Virus record (IMG/VR): IMGVR_UViG_3300027734_003164
Coordinates: 64,001 to 128,000 of that record
Direction: 5' to 3' (one strand)
DNA length: 64,000 nt
Origin: a virus
Taxonomy: Duplodnaviria > Caudoviricetes
This document shows, in pieces, positions 44,597-55,936 of the stretch; the stretch's first letter is position 1, and every line of letters begins with the position of its first letter. The notes below the pieces were generated by a model. The model saw nothing but the letters and a program-made list of their open reading frames with translations, was not told the DNA's origin and did not search any database. The translations under genes and the position numbers were made by a program.

Positions 44597-45504
44597 TATT
44601 CAATAATATTGGTAAAGTTTTTACTATAATCAATGTTATTATTCCTATCTTGTCTAACTTCAAATAGAAGTTCACTAAAGTTGTTTCTAATTTCAAATAG
44701 GTTGTATTGTTTGTAAATGTTTCCTGCAGTATCGTAAAGAGTGTAAATACCATCCTCAATACTTTTGGTTTGATTACCATAAAGAGCAATTGCTAAAGTG
44801 TCAATGTCGTATTCTGCCATTTGAACATCAATAGTAATAGGGTTAAAGAAAGTATTTGTTATTATAATATTTTGGTTTGGTTGACCTATAAAAGGAATCG
44901 CACTTGGTTTATTAGATGGAGATGAAGAAGGTGAAAGTGTACAGAAAATTAAATCTGTTGGGTTGTCTACATATCTATATCTAATAGACTTTTGTGTTGT
45001 GTTGACCTGTTCTGTAATTACAGGTTCACAATAAAATGATGACGTAACAAGTCTATAAAAGTTTGGTATTTTTGTTCCGTTATTATTTAAGTATTCAACT
45101 CTAAACCCAACAAGTCCTTGATTAACAAATTTATTTCTAAACTGTGAAGGAACATTATTAATATCAATAATAATACCTTTTACATTTGGTAGCGCCGATA
45201 AAACACCACAGTCAGTTATTGTTGTTCTAATTTCAGCAGGTCTAATCATTAAAGTATAAATCCCCAACTTGCTAAACTCAGTTGCCGGTAATCTTAAATT
45301 ATATAAACCACCTAAAATTTCCACGTTATTATTACCACCAGTATCTGAATTATGAAAATATGGTGTTAATATATTTGCGGCATTTAATTTTTTTAATGTG
45401 AAATTATTTGTAACATCCCTTGAAGGTGTATAGTGTAAGATAATTTCAACATCATCAGGTGATACATCAGCGGGTCTTGTTATTCCATATGTGCCAAGTG
45501 CCAT
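44596..45504 (-). CDS. putative structural protein (302 aa)
   Basis: Structural operon context; TATTTAT upstream. Confidence 0.6.
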   Translation of the reverse strand: MALGTYGITRPADVSPDDVEIILHYTPSRDVTNNFTLKKLNAANILTPYFHNSDTGGNNNVEILGGLYNLRLPATEFSKLGIYTLMIRPAEIRTTITDCGVLSALPNVKGIIIDINNVPSQFRNKFVNQGLVGFRVEYLNNNGTKIPNFYRLVTSSFYCEPVITEQVNTTQKSIRYRYVDNPTDLIFCTLSPSSSPSNKPSAIPFIGQPNQNIIITNTFFNPITIDVQMAEYDIDTLAIALYGNQTKSIEDGIYTLYDTAGNIYKQYNLFEIRNNFSELLFEVRQDRNNNIDYSKNFTNIIE

Positions 45505-45536
45505 TTTTTTATTTTATAAATAGTTTATGTCTTTTT

Positions 45537-46625
45537 TTATGTTGTATTAATTTTATAATATCCGTAACCATATCTCACCATATCACCAATATTATCAACT
45601 TCACCTAATCTTTGTAATGGTTCAAACGCACTATATTTACCTCTTTCAATATAAACATCGCTTTGAACTTCAGGGTCCATAACAAAATCTAACAAATATT
45701 CATTTTTTGTAATCGCTGAAAACAATAAATCATTTTGGGTAAATCCTGAACTTTGTAATAAGTACAAAGTTTGTCCATTTGGAAAGTCGTAATAAGTGAT
45801 GTCATTTAATGTGTATGAAGTATAATCTGGTGTTATAGAATTTATTTGTCCGTATGGTACTCCATTTTTTATAAAAGTATAACCAACAGTGTATGGGTTA
45901 GGACCCCATCTTTTTACGTCCGTAAGTTTAGATTTAGTATAACCTGAAACAGGAAAAGGGATGGTTGTGTATGAACTTGATATTTGTGATGATACATTAT
46001 TTTGTGAATCTCCTGTTGCTATAAAATCGTAACTTATAGGTATACCCGACCAATATCCACCTTGTGGTGTAAAGGTAAAGTTTCCTTGTAAATTTGTTAT
46101 TGTAGTACCAGTTAAAGGAAGTACAATTGGTTTTTCAATTATATTTAGACCCCAATTGTTTTGACCAGAAAAAGTTATGGTATATATGCTTGGTGTGGTG
46201 GGGTAAGTATGTGTCAATGGTTGGGTTCCAACCTGTTGAGTTGGGGTCCCATCACCCCAATCAACAAAGAAACTTGATAGTTTTAAAAATGATATTTCTA
46301 TATCACCCGACGTATTATAAAAATTAACATCGTAAGGTGTTAATGTATCGGCAGAAAATAAAAAATTAGACAACACATCTTTTTGTAACATAAGACCATC
46401 AAACTCACTATAAAAACCAATGTCGTTCATAGTTTGAGTAAGCATAATTGGTATTGTTAAACCTGTTAAAAGTGATGTGCCTCCTGTTCCTCCACTCAAT
46501 ATGTAAGACATACCTGAATACACACCAAAGGTTTGTGACCCACTGTCACCACTATAAGATTCTCTAAAAATATCTGTAGAAATATTTTCAGGGGATACTA
46601 TTAAAGAATATTTTTCAGCTTCCAT
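45537..46625 (-). CDS. putative structural protein with PKD-like motif
   Basis: FVDWGDGT...LTHTY. Confidence 0.6.
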   Translation of the reverse strand: MEAEKYSLIVSPENISTDIFRESYSGDSGSQTFGVYSGMSYILSGGTGGTSLLTGLTIPIMLTQTMNDIGFYSEFDGLMLQKDVLSNFLFSADTLTPYDVNFYNTSGDIEISFLKLSSFFVDWGDGTPTQQVGTQPLTHTYPTTPSIYTITFSGQNNWGLNIIEKPIVLPLTGTTITNLQGNFTFTPQGGYWSGIPISYDFIATGDSQNNVSSQISSSYTTIPFPVSGYTKSKLTDVKRWGPNPYTVGYTFIKNGVPYGQINSITPDYTSYTLNDITYYDFPNGQTLYLLQSSGFTQNDLLFSAITKNEYLLDFVMDPEVQSDVYIERGKYSAFEPLQRLGEVDNIGDMVRYGYGYYKINTT

Positions 46626-47467
46626 TATGGGTTTCCGTATTCATACCATTTTATAACATTAACCGAATCACCAACTCTTTGAAGAACAGGTGCTTGGTTT
46701 TGTTGTGGGATTTCTTTGTAAACTTGATATTCAAAGTTTGTAAAATCCATTTCAACTTTATAATAAAAATATTGTGATTTGTTAAAATTAAATTTGTTGT
46801 TTGCAGAAAATGTAGATTGTGGCTCATTCATAAACCTTACAAATTGACCTGTCTTTGCGTTAAAAAACTTGGCGGTCATATAAAACTCTGTAATATTTAT
46901 AAAATCCGTTTCTTTTAACCAATATATAAAAAATCCTTCTTTGTCGGAACCTGTATAATCAAGTTTAAATTTTGGTTTTTTAACATTCACTTGTGTTTGA
47001 TTATTCAACGGACCTAAAAAACCAACTCTTGTTTGTCCTTGTTGTGTCGGTAATATTACACTAAAATACGCCTTTTGATTTTCATTTGTTTTTGTATCAT
47101 AAAAATCTAATTTGAAAAAACTACCTTTGAATGAATTTGCAAAATAATATAATTCAGGGTCGGTAAATGTTGCATTATCATAGTCAACTGCCCAATCATT
47201 AGATGTCGCGGCAGTAACTGAAACGGTAGAATCTAAAAAATAAAATTCATAATTTATGTCTGTAACATTTGGTGTTTGGGTATATTCTTTATTTGCAAAT
47301 CTTGTAGTTTCAAAATCATCAATACCATTTATTAAATCTTGTAAAACATCAGTTTCAAATTGAACGATTCCATCATTTCTACCTCCCATGTCAAAAGTTA
47401 TTTCAACTGGTATGTTAAAAGCCGTGTCTTCAGAAGTTACACTAAACCTATAATAATTATTATTCAC
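46625..47467 (-). CDS. putative structural protein (280 aa)
   Basis: Coupled operon context. Confidence 0.6.
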   Translation of the reverse strand: MNNNYYRFSVTSEDTAFNIPVEITFDMGGRNDGIVQFETDVLQDLINGIDDFETTRFANKEYTQTPNVTDINYEFYFLDSTVSVTAATSNDWAVDYDNATFTDPELYYFANSFKGSFFKLDFYDTKTNENQKAYFSVILPTQQGQTRVGFLGPLNNQTQVNVKKPKFKLDYTGSDKEGFFIYWLKETDFINITEFYMTAKFFNAKTGQFVRFMNEPQSTFSANNKFNFNKSQYFYYKVEMDFTNFEYQVYKEIPQQNQAPVLQRVGDSVNVIKWYEYGNP

Positions 47468-49175
47468 AATCGTCGTTAGTTATTTGTTGATATTCGTTTG
47501 AGAATACATTGTTATTTCTTCGAATAGGATATTGTAAAAATATACAATTTAAAAACGGATAATGAGCTCCGTTGATGAACGGGTTATTCACCCCAATCCC
47601 ATCGCTATCTATATATCCATAAGTATATAAATCTCTCCAATACCATTTGTTATTATATTCACTAAACCAAGAATATCCCGGTATATTGTCTACAGTATCT
47701 TTTGTTCCATTTTCAATATAATCACTAAAAGCTCTAATAGGTATTGAGTAATGTGGGTTATACAAATAACCGTCAGGGTAGTTTTGATTACCTGTTGTTT
47801 GAAACAAAATATCGTTAAATGAATATTTGTGAATAGCTCTAGATAAAACATACTCTCTTTGTTCCATATAGTTATATTCACAAAAATCCCCTAAAATCAC
47901 GTCACCTTGATTTAATATTTCATTATAATAAAATGTTTGTCCATTTAACGAATATGAATTTGTTGGTATATTATCTTTATTTAAACTATTGTTATGATTC
48001 CACCATGTGTCTACTGAATTTTCTAAAAAATTAAAATTCCAACCTATATCAATTGCAGTTTGTAGACCATTTTGATTAACAAATGGTTTATTAAACCAAC
48101 CCATATATCCTCTGTTTATAATTGTTAAAAACAATTCAGTTATTGGTTTTCCGTTGTTGTCTATATAACCACCTATTTTTACATCTTTATCAAACGTGAA
48201 TGAAAATGTCTGTGCATTATTTTTTACGGAAACTCTTTGTACTTGATTGGGCGTTAATGCAGAATACTCTAATTTTTTATCTATCGCAAATGGGTTATTT
48301 TCAAACCCTACTTTACTAATATTACATTGTTCACTGTTTTTGATAATCTTGTGTAATCTAACATAGTATATGGATTTTGTTTCTGCAGAATTAGCAGGTT
48401 CAGTTATTCTTTTAAGATTTCCAAAAACACCCGTTTGTATATCTAATGCTGGGTATTTTAAATCATAAATTGTAAAAACTTTATTTTCTGAATCGATTGT
48501 TCCATCACCCAAAGAATAAACCTGAAATATAGTTTTATTGTTAATTGGTGTTGATAATTCAACATATTGTCCGATTTGTAAGTTATGATTTGTACCGCAA
48601 TAAAAATAAACTAAAGATTTTCCGTTAAACTTACCTGTTGTCAAAACATAAGGTATTCCGTCACCCGCAAGAAAACCTCCATTGGTTACTCCAAACTTTT
48701 CATCAGTATATGACATTGTTTGGGCGGTTGTACTTGAAAATGTATAACTAACATAAAAAGACCAATTATATGTTGAGGCACTTTTAGGGACAAATGGTAC
48801 ATGTCCTGTAATACCACTAAATCTTTGAATTGAAAACTCATCAAACTGAGGGTTTCCTTCCCAAAAGTTTGAATTATTGGTTGCATTACTTATTGCATTT
48901 GTGTAATATAAATTATTTTTGAATGGCGTGTAAGATGTTTTACCCGTTACTGTATTATCAAATACATTCGTAATTTTACCGGCAAGTCTAAATTTATCAC
49001 TTTCTTGTCTTTCTGTTTCAAAGAGTGTTTGTTGATTTACTAAGATACTTCTATCCCCTTCAATTAACTCTCTTCTGTCACCAATTAATGGTGGTTGGAG
49101 CCAAACATCTTTATCTGTATTTCCAGCGTACCTTTTGGACCCAATAACAATTCTTATTTCATTTTCGTTACTCAT
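47460..49175 (-). CDS. putative structural protein (571 aa)
   Basis: Coupled operon context. Confidence 0.6.
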   Translation of the reverse strand: MSNENEIRIVIGSKRYAGNTDKDVWLQPPLIGDRRELIEGDRSILVNQQTLFETERQESDKFRLAGKITNVFDNTVTGKTSYTPFKNNLYYTNAISNATNNSNFWEGNPQFDEFSIQRFSGITGHVPFVPKSASTYNWSFYVSYTFSSTTAQTMSYTDEKFGVTNGGFLAGDGIPYVLTTGKFNGKSLVYFYCGTNHNLQIGQYVELSTPINNKTIFQVYSLGDGTIDSENKVFTIYDLKYPALDIQTGVFGNLKRITEPANSAETKSIYYVRLHKIIKNSEQCNISKVGFENNPFAIDKKLEYSALTPNQVQRVSVKNNAQTFSFTFDKDVKIGGYIDNNGKPITELFLTIINRGYMGWFNKPFVNQNGLQTAIDIGWNFNFLENSVDTWWNHNNSLNKDNIPTNSYSLNGQTFYYNEILNQGDVILGDFCEYNYMEQREYVLSRAIHKYSFNDILFQTTGNQNYPDGYLYNPHYSIPIRAFSDYIENGTKDTVDNIPGYSWFSEYNNKWYWRDLYTYGYIDSDGIGVNNPFINGAHYPFLNCIFLQYPIRRNNNVFSNEYQQITNDDCE

Positions 49176-52100
49176 CTTGGTTCAATATATATGCTTTGAT
49201 GTATCTGTTGATTGCACTTTTACCTTTGTTTAATCCAAAATAAAAATGATTAGGTCCTCCCACAATAAATGATTGTTGAGTACCTGCCGGCCAATTTGGA
49301 TTTGATAAACCTTGTGGTGTTTGATTAAATATATAACCTCTTCTTCCTGTTGTTGATGGATTAAAGTATGGTGTAGTTGGAGGGTTAAAACTAAAGTTTT
49401 GGTATTTTTGATAATAAAAACTACCATTAGCCAAAACATCAGTAACCCAATCATTTGTGTCAGAACCAAAAATAGTTGAAGTTGTTGAAGATGACCACTG
49501 ATATGTTGGGACTACTTGGGTGTTAGGGTAACCAAAATAATTTGTAAGGTTTGGCGCAAAGGTTTGAATACCAGGACTTAGTGTTAATCTATTAATAGTA
49601 TTTGAACTAAAGAAGATTCCCATTAAAGCGTCTCCCGTACCAATATACAACTCATTATCAGTGTAATTATCTTCATCAAACTCTTCAATTCCATACTCAG
49701 AGTTTATTGAAAACATTTGAGCTACATCACCATCTATTCTGTCTTCACTTCTTGAAAACATTCTGTTTATTGATGAATCACCCAAACCTAAAACTTGACC
49801 CCAAAAATTAGAGTTAATAAGTCTTGAAATAATAAACAACTGTAAAATTTCAGAAGTATCATTGTATGAAGTACTTTTGATTGTTTCAATCAAGTACCCT
49901 TCAAAATTAGGGTTAGTACATATTTCTTTTGTAAACTCATCTCTTGGTCCTAAGTCCATAATGGTGGTCGGGAAAAACAAATTTCTAACATTCATCCCTT
50001 TGAAGTTCGCGTCTTCAAATGTTGAACTTGTGATATTTAATTTTCTTGGTTTTTGTCCAATAAATTTACTTCCGTCATAAATAGCGCCTCTATAAAACAA
50101 TGAATTTGTGGTTCCTCTTGTATAAAATATAGGTCCTTGATATGGTCTTAATGTACTATCAGGACTACCACAAAACTTATATTTTTTTGGTTGTCCTGCA
50201 ATGTTAAAAATTGTTTGTTTTTTCAATGAGAACATATATAAAGAACCATTGACCCAATTGTTTTGAAACACATGTGAAAATATTCCTCTACATGCGGCAA
50301 ACACCATTCTAAATCTTGTTTTCCATTCAAAGAAATATGTAACATCTTTTGGTATTGAAACAAGTAATGGATTGTCAACAAATTTGTAACAACCCCCTGA
50401 CATTCTTTTTCCATTCGGATTTTCACTACATGGGTTTTGAACTGAAAAAGATGTTCCACCACCTTGGTAACATTTTAATACTGTCATGTTTTCACAGGAA
50501 AGAGATGCTAAAACTGTACTTGATATTTGACTTGGAGTATCTCCTGTTATATCTTGAGCATTATTTGTAGTGTCATTAGGACCATTTGTTGATGGTGCCA
50601 ATGAAGTACCACCATCTTTGTCTACTGTGTAGACCGCAAAGTTGTCGTTTAAAAATAAACTAAACGAGTTATTACCGCTTAATTCTGTTGCACTTGATGT
50701 GGGTAGTCTATCAGACCTAAATACAATGTTAGAAGAGTTTGAAATAGAAATGTTCGATACTACCGAAGTGTGGTATGCAGGTGAATAAACTCTTGTGGTT
50801 GTTGTTGCAATGTTTATACTTGTTCCCGGAGTTGCGTTTGAAGCAATTAAAGTTCCACCTTCAATATTACCTTGAGCACTTAATACCCCATTTGTCCATT
50901 GGAACGCCAATTTATTATTACCAACACTTGGTTGTATATTTGAATACACACCATGTGTGGAAGTAAAATATGATAAAGTCACAGCGTCTGATGAATAAGC
51001 TTTAAATGTTTGTTGTGACTTATCTGTAGAGTTATAAAAGTAAGGTGAGTTGTTTGTAAATGCACTAAACAATGTACTATCAGGAGTAAAACCAAAAGGT
51101 GGGTGATATAATGATACATTCGTATTATTTGAAACTAAATGCGATTCAGGCGTTTTATAATCATTAAACCAAGCTCCACTTCCTGAGTTTTGTTGTATTG
51201 GTACATTAAGATAATAACTACCTTCAACAACGGGACCCGAACCTAAGTTAAATCCAAATAATTTCGATAGGTCATATCTTATATTTTGTTTGTCGGTGTA
51301 TGGGTCCGTACCTCTTGTTAAAAATATAATTTCATAGTTTGCAAAATTATCAATAAATTTGATTGGGAATACGTAGTCACATTGTTGAGCCGGTGTACCA
51401 TAACAGAATCTTTGTGTTTTTTTAAACAAATATTTGTTAAGTAATCCTCCCGTTGTGTTTGTTAAACCAGAAAACTGTGATACAGTACCTCCTGTGATAA
51501 CTTGAAAATATTCAACCCCCGCAGGATATTTGTAATCTTTTCCATCTTCAGATATATTCAATTTCAAGTTTACAGTTTGTTGTAAACCTGCTTGATTAAT
51601 GTAATTGACAGGAACTGTCACTAAACTTATTGCGTTGTATGGTGTAGTTCCCGTAATACTATTAGTATTAAACTGATTGGAATTAGTTATACCCGTTAAG
51701 TTGGGGTCATTTATTAAGTTGATGTCTTGGAATGTTAAAAGTTGTCCAGGTTGTAACCCGTTGAAAGTTCCACTATCAACAAATAACATCATAACACTAT
51801 CGGTAAACGGTTGTGATGCGTCTAATGTTGTTGTATTTGGAATGTTGTTTCTAACAGTTGTTTGAATTAAATTATCACCTTCAAAATATCTTTGTCTAAT
51901 ATTTGCTAAATTCAAAGATTGTGATAGTGTAACGTCATTCGCCAATACTTTTATTCCCCCTTGTGCCGGATATTCGGCAATTGGAGTTTTAACTAACTTA
52001 TCATTATCATTTCCAAGATTTTGGAATTGGTAACCCGCCATCGCTTGGACAACTCCATTGTTAAAAGCGTCAGGGTCATTTGCCGAAGATGCTTGCGATG

Positions 52101-54021
52101 AGTTGTAAACACTATAAGAAGTTGTGGAATTTGTATTCGCTAAAGGACTATTATTTTCTGATGAAATTGCAACATTTGCACTTTGAGCGAATGAACTTTG
52201 ACTACTATCTTCAGGAAGTGTTTCATCAGTACATGGACAGGCTTCACAATCAGGATAAGACAACATGGGTAAAGAAATTCTTTTGAATGGGTTTTCTTTA
52301 CCTAATGGTTTAATTGATTGGGTTTTACAACCACCTTTAGGTCTTGCTCCAAATGTAATTGCACTAATAGCTAAACAAATACCATATATAACAACATTTA
52401 TTACCCATATTAAAAGATTTATCACTATTCTTAATATTGGATATATAAATGCAACAAAGTGTAAAATTATTATTAAAGTTATAAACGTAGGTGTAAGTAG
52501 TATTAAAAGTAGACTTAGTAAAAAGAATAAAAAGTCAAAATTTCTTACACCATCATTAACCGGAAATCTGTTTGTGGTAGTAGTACATCGTCTATCTGTA
52601 ATTTCTTTTATACCTAAATGTCTACTTCTATTAAATCCCCATTTCCATCTATCTATAAAATTTGCAACCGTATAAACTTTATTGAAATTAAATTGATAAA
52701 ACTTATCATCACAGTTTACGGCCTCTTGAATCATTTGTTGACCTATTGTCGTATTCACATCCCCATAATCATCCCAATCTAAACTAAATGCATATGATTT
52801 TAATTGTGCGGTTGTGTCTGTAGGTGTATTGATGTTAGATGTGGTCCATCCCCATTCTTTAACGTTTGGGACCAAATAATCTGCTCTTAATACACTTGAT
52901 TCCATTCCATCTTCATTCTGATATTGGATTCTAAATCTATATTTTCCTTTTGTAGGTATGCCGACATTCGGGTCTGTTGATAGTACTTGTTCACCAAACT
53001 CGTTTGTTGTGACATAGTCTAAATTCATTGGAACGTTTACTAACCAAGTACCGTTGTCATCAATTATTTTACCTCCTTCAGGTAGTGAGTATTGTTCTAA
53101 TGCTGGTCTACCGTTTACATCATAATTTATTGTTTGTCTAATTGCCAATATTCTCCCTTGTCCTGTGACTAAATCACATAAATTACCAGAGTCTTTTTTA
53201 GGTTTACAATTTGATTTTAAAAAGTCTTCTTCACTTGTTGAAAACAACGAACCCATAAAAACGGCTTGTGGTGTAATTTCAATTCCTAAATCTCTTAAAT
53301 CAAAATCGACTCTTGTTATACCAACATTACAAATGTTTTCTTCACCCCAAAAAGATGCAACATCTATATCTTTTTTTTGATTTACTATTTGAGGTAGTGA
53401 GTCTAAATCTGTTGATGATTTGAATTGGTCCCCATCAAATTGTTCTGTGGTTCCCCGACCTAATCTTATTAAGTCTGAAGGTCTAAGTGAAAAACAACCG
53501 ATGTTTGATAAGTCTAAATCTAGTATTGCAGTTTGAATACCTAACGGTACTCCAATAATCATAAAGTCACCACTTTCATTAGTTTTTACAGTGTATTTAT
53601 AATACTTTTCATAAACTTCTAAGACTTCATTTCTTGTTAAAACATCCTCCACATCAGGAAATGTACCAGTTGGACTATGACCACCATACTCTTTAACATA
53701 AGGTAATAAGTTATATCTATAACCATCTTCGTTTTTTTGGTCAGGTCTTTTATAAGGGTATAATGTGGATATAATTGGGTCGTTTTCGTCAATAGCATCC
53801 AATGGAACAAAAATAGATACATTTGCGTTTGGAACACCGTACCCACCATTAACAACAACTCTACCTGCAACAACACCGTAGTCGGCACAAAATCTTGTAT
53901 ATACATCTTCTTGTCTTAACTTTAAAGATAGTATCTCTAAAAAGTCAAAATCTTGTGTTACGTTAATTCTTAGATTTTGGTCTTTTGTTGGTTGAGCCTT
54001 TAGTCTGTATGTTTTGGTCAT
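49168..54021 (-). CDS. very large putative virion protein (1617 aa)
   Basis: N-terminal carboxypeptidase-regulatory/Ig-like VAGRVVVNGGYGVPNANVSIF; one TM-like hydrophobic stretch; adjacent to baseplate genes. Confidence 0.6.
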   Translation of the reverse strand: MTKTYRLKAQPTKDQNLRINVTQDFDFLEILSLKLRQEDVYTRFCADYGVVAGRVVVNGGYGVPNANVSIFVPLDAIDENDPIISTLYPYKRPDQKNEDGYRYNLLPYVKEYGGHSPTGTFPDVEDVLTRNEVLEVYEKYYKYTVKTNESGDFMIIGVPLGIQTAILDLDLSNIGCFSLRPSDLIRLGRGTTEQFDGDQFKSSTDLDSLPQIVNQKKDIDVASFWGEENICNVGITRVDFDLRDLGIEITPQAVFMGSLFSTSEEDFLKSNCKPKKDSGNLCDLVTGQGRILAIRQTINYDVNGRPALEQYSLPEGGKIIDDNGTWLVNVPMNLDYVTTNEFGEQVLSTDPNVGIPTKGKYRFRIQYQNEDGMESSVLRADYLVPNVKEWGWTTSNINTPTDTTAQLKSYAFSLDWDDYGDVNTTIGQQMIQEAVNCDDKFYQFNFNKVYTVANFIDRWKWGFNRSRHLGIKEITDRRCTTTTNRFPVNDGVRNFDFLFFLLSLLLILLTPTFITLIIILHFVAFIYPILRIVINLLIWVINVVIYGICLAISAITFGARPKGGCKTQSIKPLGKENPFKRISLPMLSYPDCEACPCTDETLPEDSSQSSFAQSANVAISSENNSPLANTNSTTSYSVYNSSQASSANDPDAFNNGVVQAMAGYQFQNLGNDNDKLVKTPIAEYPAQGGIKVLANDVTLSQSLNLANIRQRYFEGDNLIQTTVRNNIPNTTTLDASQPFTDSVMMLFVDSGTFNGLQPGQLLTFQDINLINDPNLTGITNSNQFNTNSITGTTPYNAISLVTVPVNYINQAGLQQTVNLKLNISEDGKDYKYPAGVEYFQVITGGTVSQFSGLTNTTGGLLNKYLFKKTQRFCYGTPAQQCDYVFPIKFIDNFANYEIIFLTRGTDPYTDKQNIRYDLSKLFGFNLGSGPVVEGSYYLNVPIQQNSGSGAWFNDYKTPESHLVSNNTNVSLYHPPFGFTPDSTLFSAFTNNSPYFYNSTDKSQQTFKAYSSDAVTLSYFTSTHGVYSNIQPSVGNNKLAFQWTNGVLSAQGNIEGGTLIASNATPGTSINIATTTTRVYSPAYHTSVVSNISISNSSNIVFRSDRLPTSSATELSGNNSFSLFLNDNFAVYTVDKDGGTSLAPSTNGPNDTTNNAQDITGDTPSQISSTVLASLSCENMTVLKCYQGGGTSFSVQNPCSENPNGKRMSGGCYKFVDNPLLVSIPKDVTYFFEWKTRFRMVFAACRGIFSHVFQNNWVNGSLYMFSLKKQTIFNIAGQPKKYKFCGSPDSTLRPYQGPIFYTRGTTNSLFYRGAIYDGSKFIGQKPRKLNITSSTFEDANFKGMNVRNLFFPTTIMDLGPRDEFTKEICTNPNFEGYLIETIKSTSYNDTSEILQLFIISRLINSNFWGQVLGLGDSSINRMFSRSEDRIDGDVAQMFSINSEYGIEEFDEDNYTDNELYIGTGDALMGIFFSSNTINRLTLSPGIQTFAPNLTNYFGYPNTQVVPTYQWSSSTTSTIFGSDTNDWVTDVLANGSFYYQKYQNFSFNPPTTPYFNPSTTGRRGYIFNQTPQGLSNPNWPAGTQQSFIVGGPNHFYFGLNKGKSAINRYIKAYILNQDE

Positions 54022-54095
54022 TTACTGTTTTAAAATAAATAGATAATTTAGGTTTTTTATTTAAAACTAATAACCTTAAAAATAAAATAAATGAT

Positions 54096-55934
54096 TTAGT
54101 AGAAGTCTACAGTTCTAAGTTGTTTCACCCTTACATTAATATCTCTAGAATCAAATCTGATTTGATATATTTGGTCTGGTTCGGCAAATAAGGTGTTGTC
54201 AATTAATAAAATTTCTTTGGTTTCCGCATCGGCGTACCTTTGAGATGTTTCAGATGACGAATATTGACCACCTGTTCTGTTATATATTTTCAAATCTGTT
54301 AATGTATTAACACCAGCAACGTCTTGTATTAATCTTCTAATATCAGAAACGTTTACATTTTGACCTAAATCTCTGTTTTGTGGATTCATGTAAGTGGATA
54401 CTTGGTCAATAATTTGAGTAATTATTTGACTTTGAGCGGTATTATTTTCGATTACAACAGATATTTCAAACTCTAAATCTATTACCTTTGCGACATCAAT
54501 TGATATGTAGTCATTTATCATTCTATACTTAGACAAATAAGTTGCCAAGTTTGTTTTAATTGCGTTTGGAACTGTTTGTGTTAGATTCCCGTCTGAATCA
54601 TATGATAAAATTTGTACAGTAACTTTGTTATTATTTTCTGTAATCGCGACTTTGGCAGGTGCCCCAAATTTACCTGGCATTGTATCGATTAAAGATTTAT
54701 AGTCATTAACTGTCACCGCTCTTTTTTGTGCCGCAAAGTTAAAACTAACCATGTTTCTTGCCTCTTCAATTGTTGGTTGGTTTGCTCCTCCAACCGCACT
54801 TGTTACATTATTAATTTTTAATGATTGTACAACACTTTGATTGATTTGTGATGATGGTCCGTTTACCGCTAAATTAACTAATCCAACTTGGTTGATTGAA
54901 CCAACACCAACATTTGATGCGGTTCCTCCCCCTACTCGGTACTGTACAAATAGTGTTGAGTTAGGTGTTACTGTAAGTCCCAATCCGATATTATTTTGAT
55001 AATTTTGTATTTTTAATGGGGTTCCAAGATTTGCAAATTGTTGAAGTTGTTGATTTGGTGTTGTTGTTGCCGCCCCAAATTGTACCTTCATATAACTTTC
55101 GGGTGTGTATTCTGTTATAAATCTGTTGTCTGTTTTTATATATTGACCAACTTTAACCCCTGCGTTGTCTATTGGTTTTGTTGGGTCCTCAATAAAAACT
55201 GTATCTTCCGCCAATGCGTCAACTTCATACCATTTATTCTGTGACGTTATAAATTCAGCGTTTGTTGGGGTTGATTGGTATTGTGTTCCGTCTTTTTGTA
55301 TGATTGTTGTAACAGACAAAACATTCTTTTCAGGTAAAAAGAAACTATAGAAAGGAACTACGTCTGCGGCATTTACAACTTGTTTATATATTTTAGTAAC
55401 ACCATTAACAACAACTTCTCTTTTAGTTATTATATAACTTGTTATTTTATTATTGTTGTCAAAAACAGGGGTTTTGGTTCTATTATTTACCCCTTCGTTG
55501 TTATATTGTGTAGAAAAATCAACATCATAGACTGTTTCAAATGTTTGCCCTCCACCATTAAACTGAGCCCCCGCTCTTAAAATACCTAAGTATCTTGAAT
55601 CTTCATTGTCACCAAATGCCGGAACTTGTATTGATATTTCCACAAGGGCAACTGAAGGTCTAAATCCTGGTATTTTTAAACCATAAGTTCTTGCGATATT
55701 GAAAATAGAAGACCTTTGTTGCGCATATTGTAAGACAGTTTCTTGAATACTTCTATCGATATGAAAATGTAAATTATCTCCAATTGCGGCATTTAAATCC
55801 ATCAAAACTGAAAAGATTGAAGCGTCATTAAAGTTTTGAATTATTTCAGGATAATACTGTTGGGTATAATTAATTAAGTCATTTCTTAGACTTTCAAAAT
55901 CCCTACTAGTATAATTAATTTTTTGAGTTGCCAT
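54096..55934 (-). CDS. baseplate wedge subunit (T4 gp6 / baseplate-J-like)
   Basis: YTSRDFESLRNDL, SIFNIARTYG, YRVGGG, GGANQPTIEE, AQKRAVTVNDY. Confidence 0.88.
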   Translation of the reverse strand: MATQKINYTSRDFESLRNDLINYTQQYYPEIIQNFNDASIFSVLMDLNAAIGDNLHFHIDRSIQETVLQYAQQRSSIFNIARTYGLKIPGFRPSVALVEISIQVPAFGDNEDSRYLGILRAGAQFNGGGQTFETVYDVDFSTQYNNEGVNNRTKTPVFDNNNKITSYIITKREVVVNGVTKIYKQVVNAADVVPFYSFFLPEKNVLSVTTIIQKDGTQYQSTPTNAEFITSQNKWYEVDALAEDTVFIEDPTKPIDNAGVKVGQYIKTDNRFITEYTPESYMKVQFGAATTTPNQQLQQFANLGTPLKIQNYQNNIGLGLTVTPNSTLFVQYRVGGGTASNVGVGSINQVGLVNLAVNGPSSQINQSVVQSLKINNVTSAVGGANQPTIEEARNMVSFNFAAQKRAVTVNDYKSLIDTMPGKFGAPAKVAITENNNKVTVQILSYDSDGNLTQTVPNAIKTNLATYLSKYRMINDYISIDVAKVIDLEFEISVVIENNTAQSQIITQIIDQVSTYMNPQNRDLGQNVNVSDIRRLIQDVAGVNTLTDLKIYNRTGGQYSSSETSQRYADAETKEILLIDNTLFAEPDQIYQIRFDSRDINVRVKQLRTVDFY

Positions 55935-55936
55935 AA

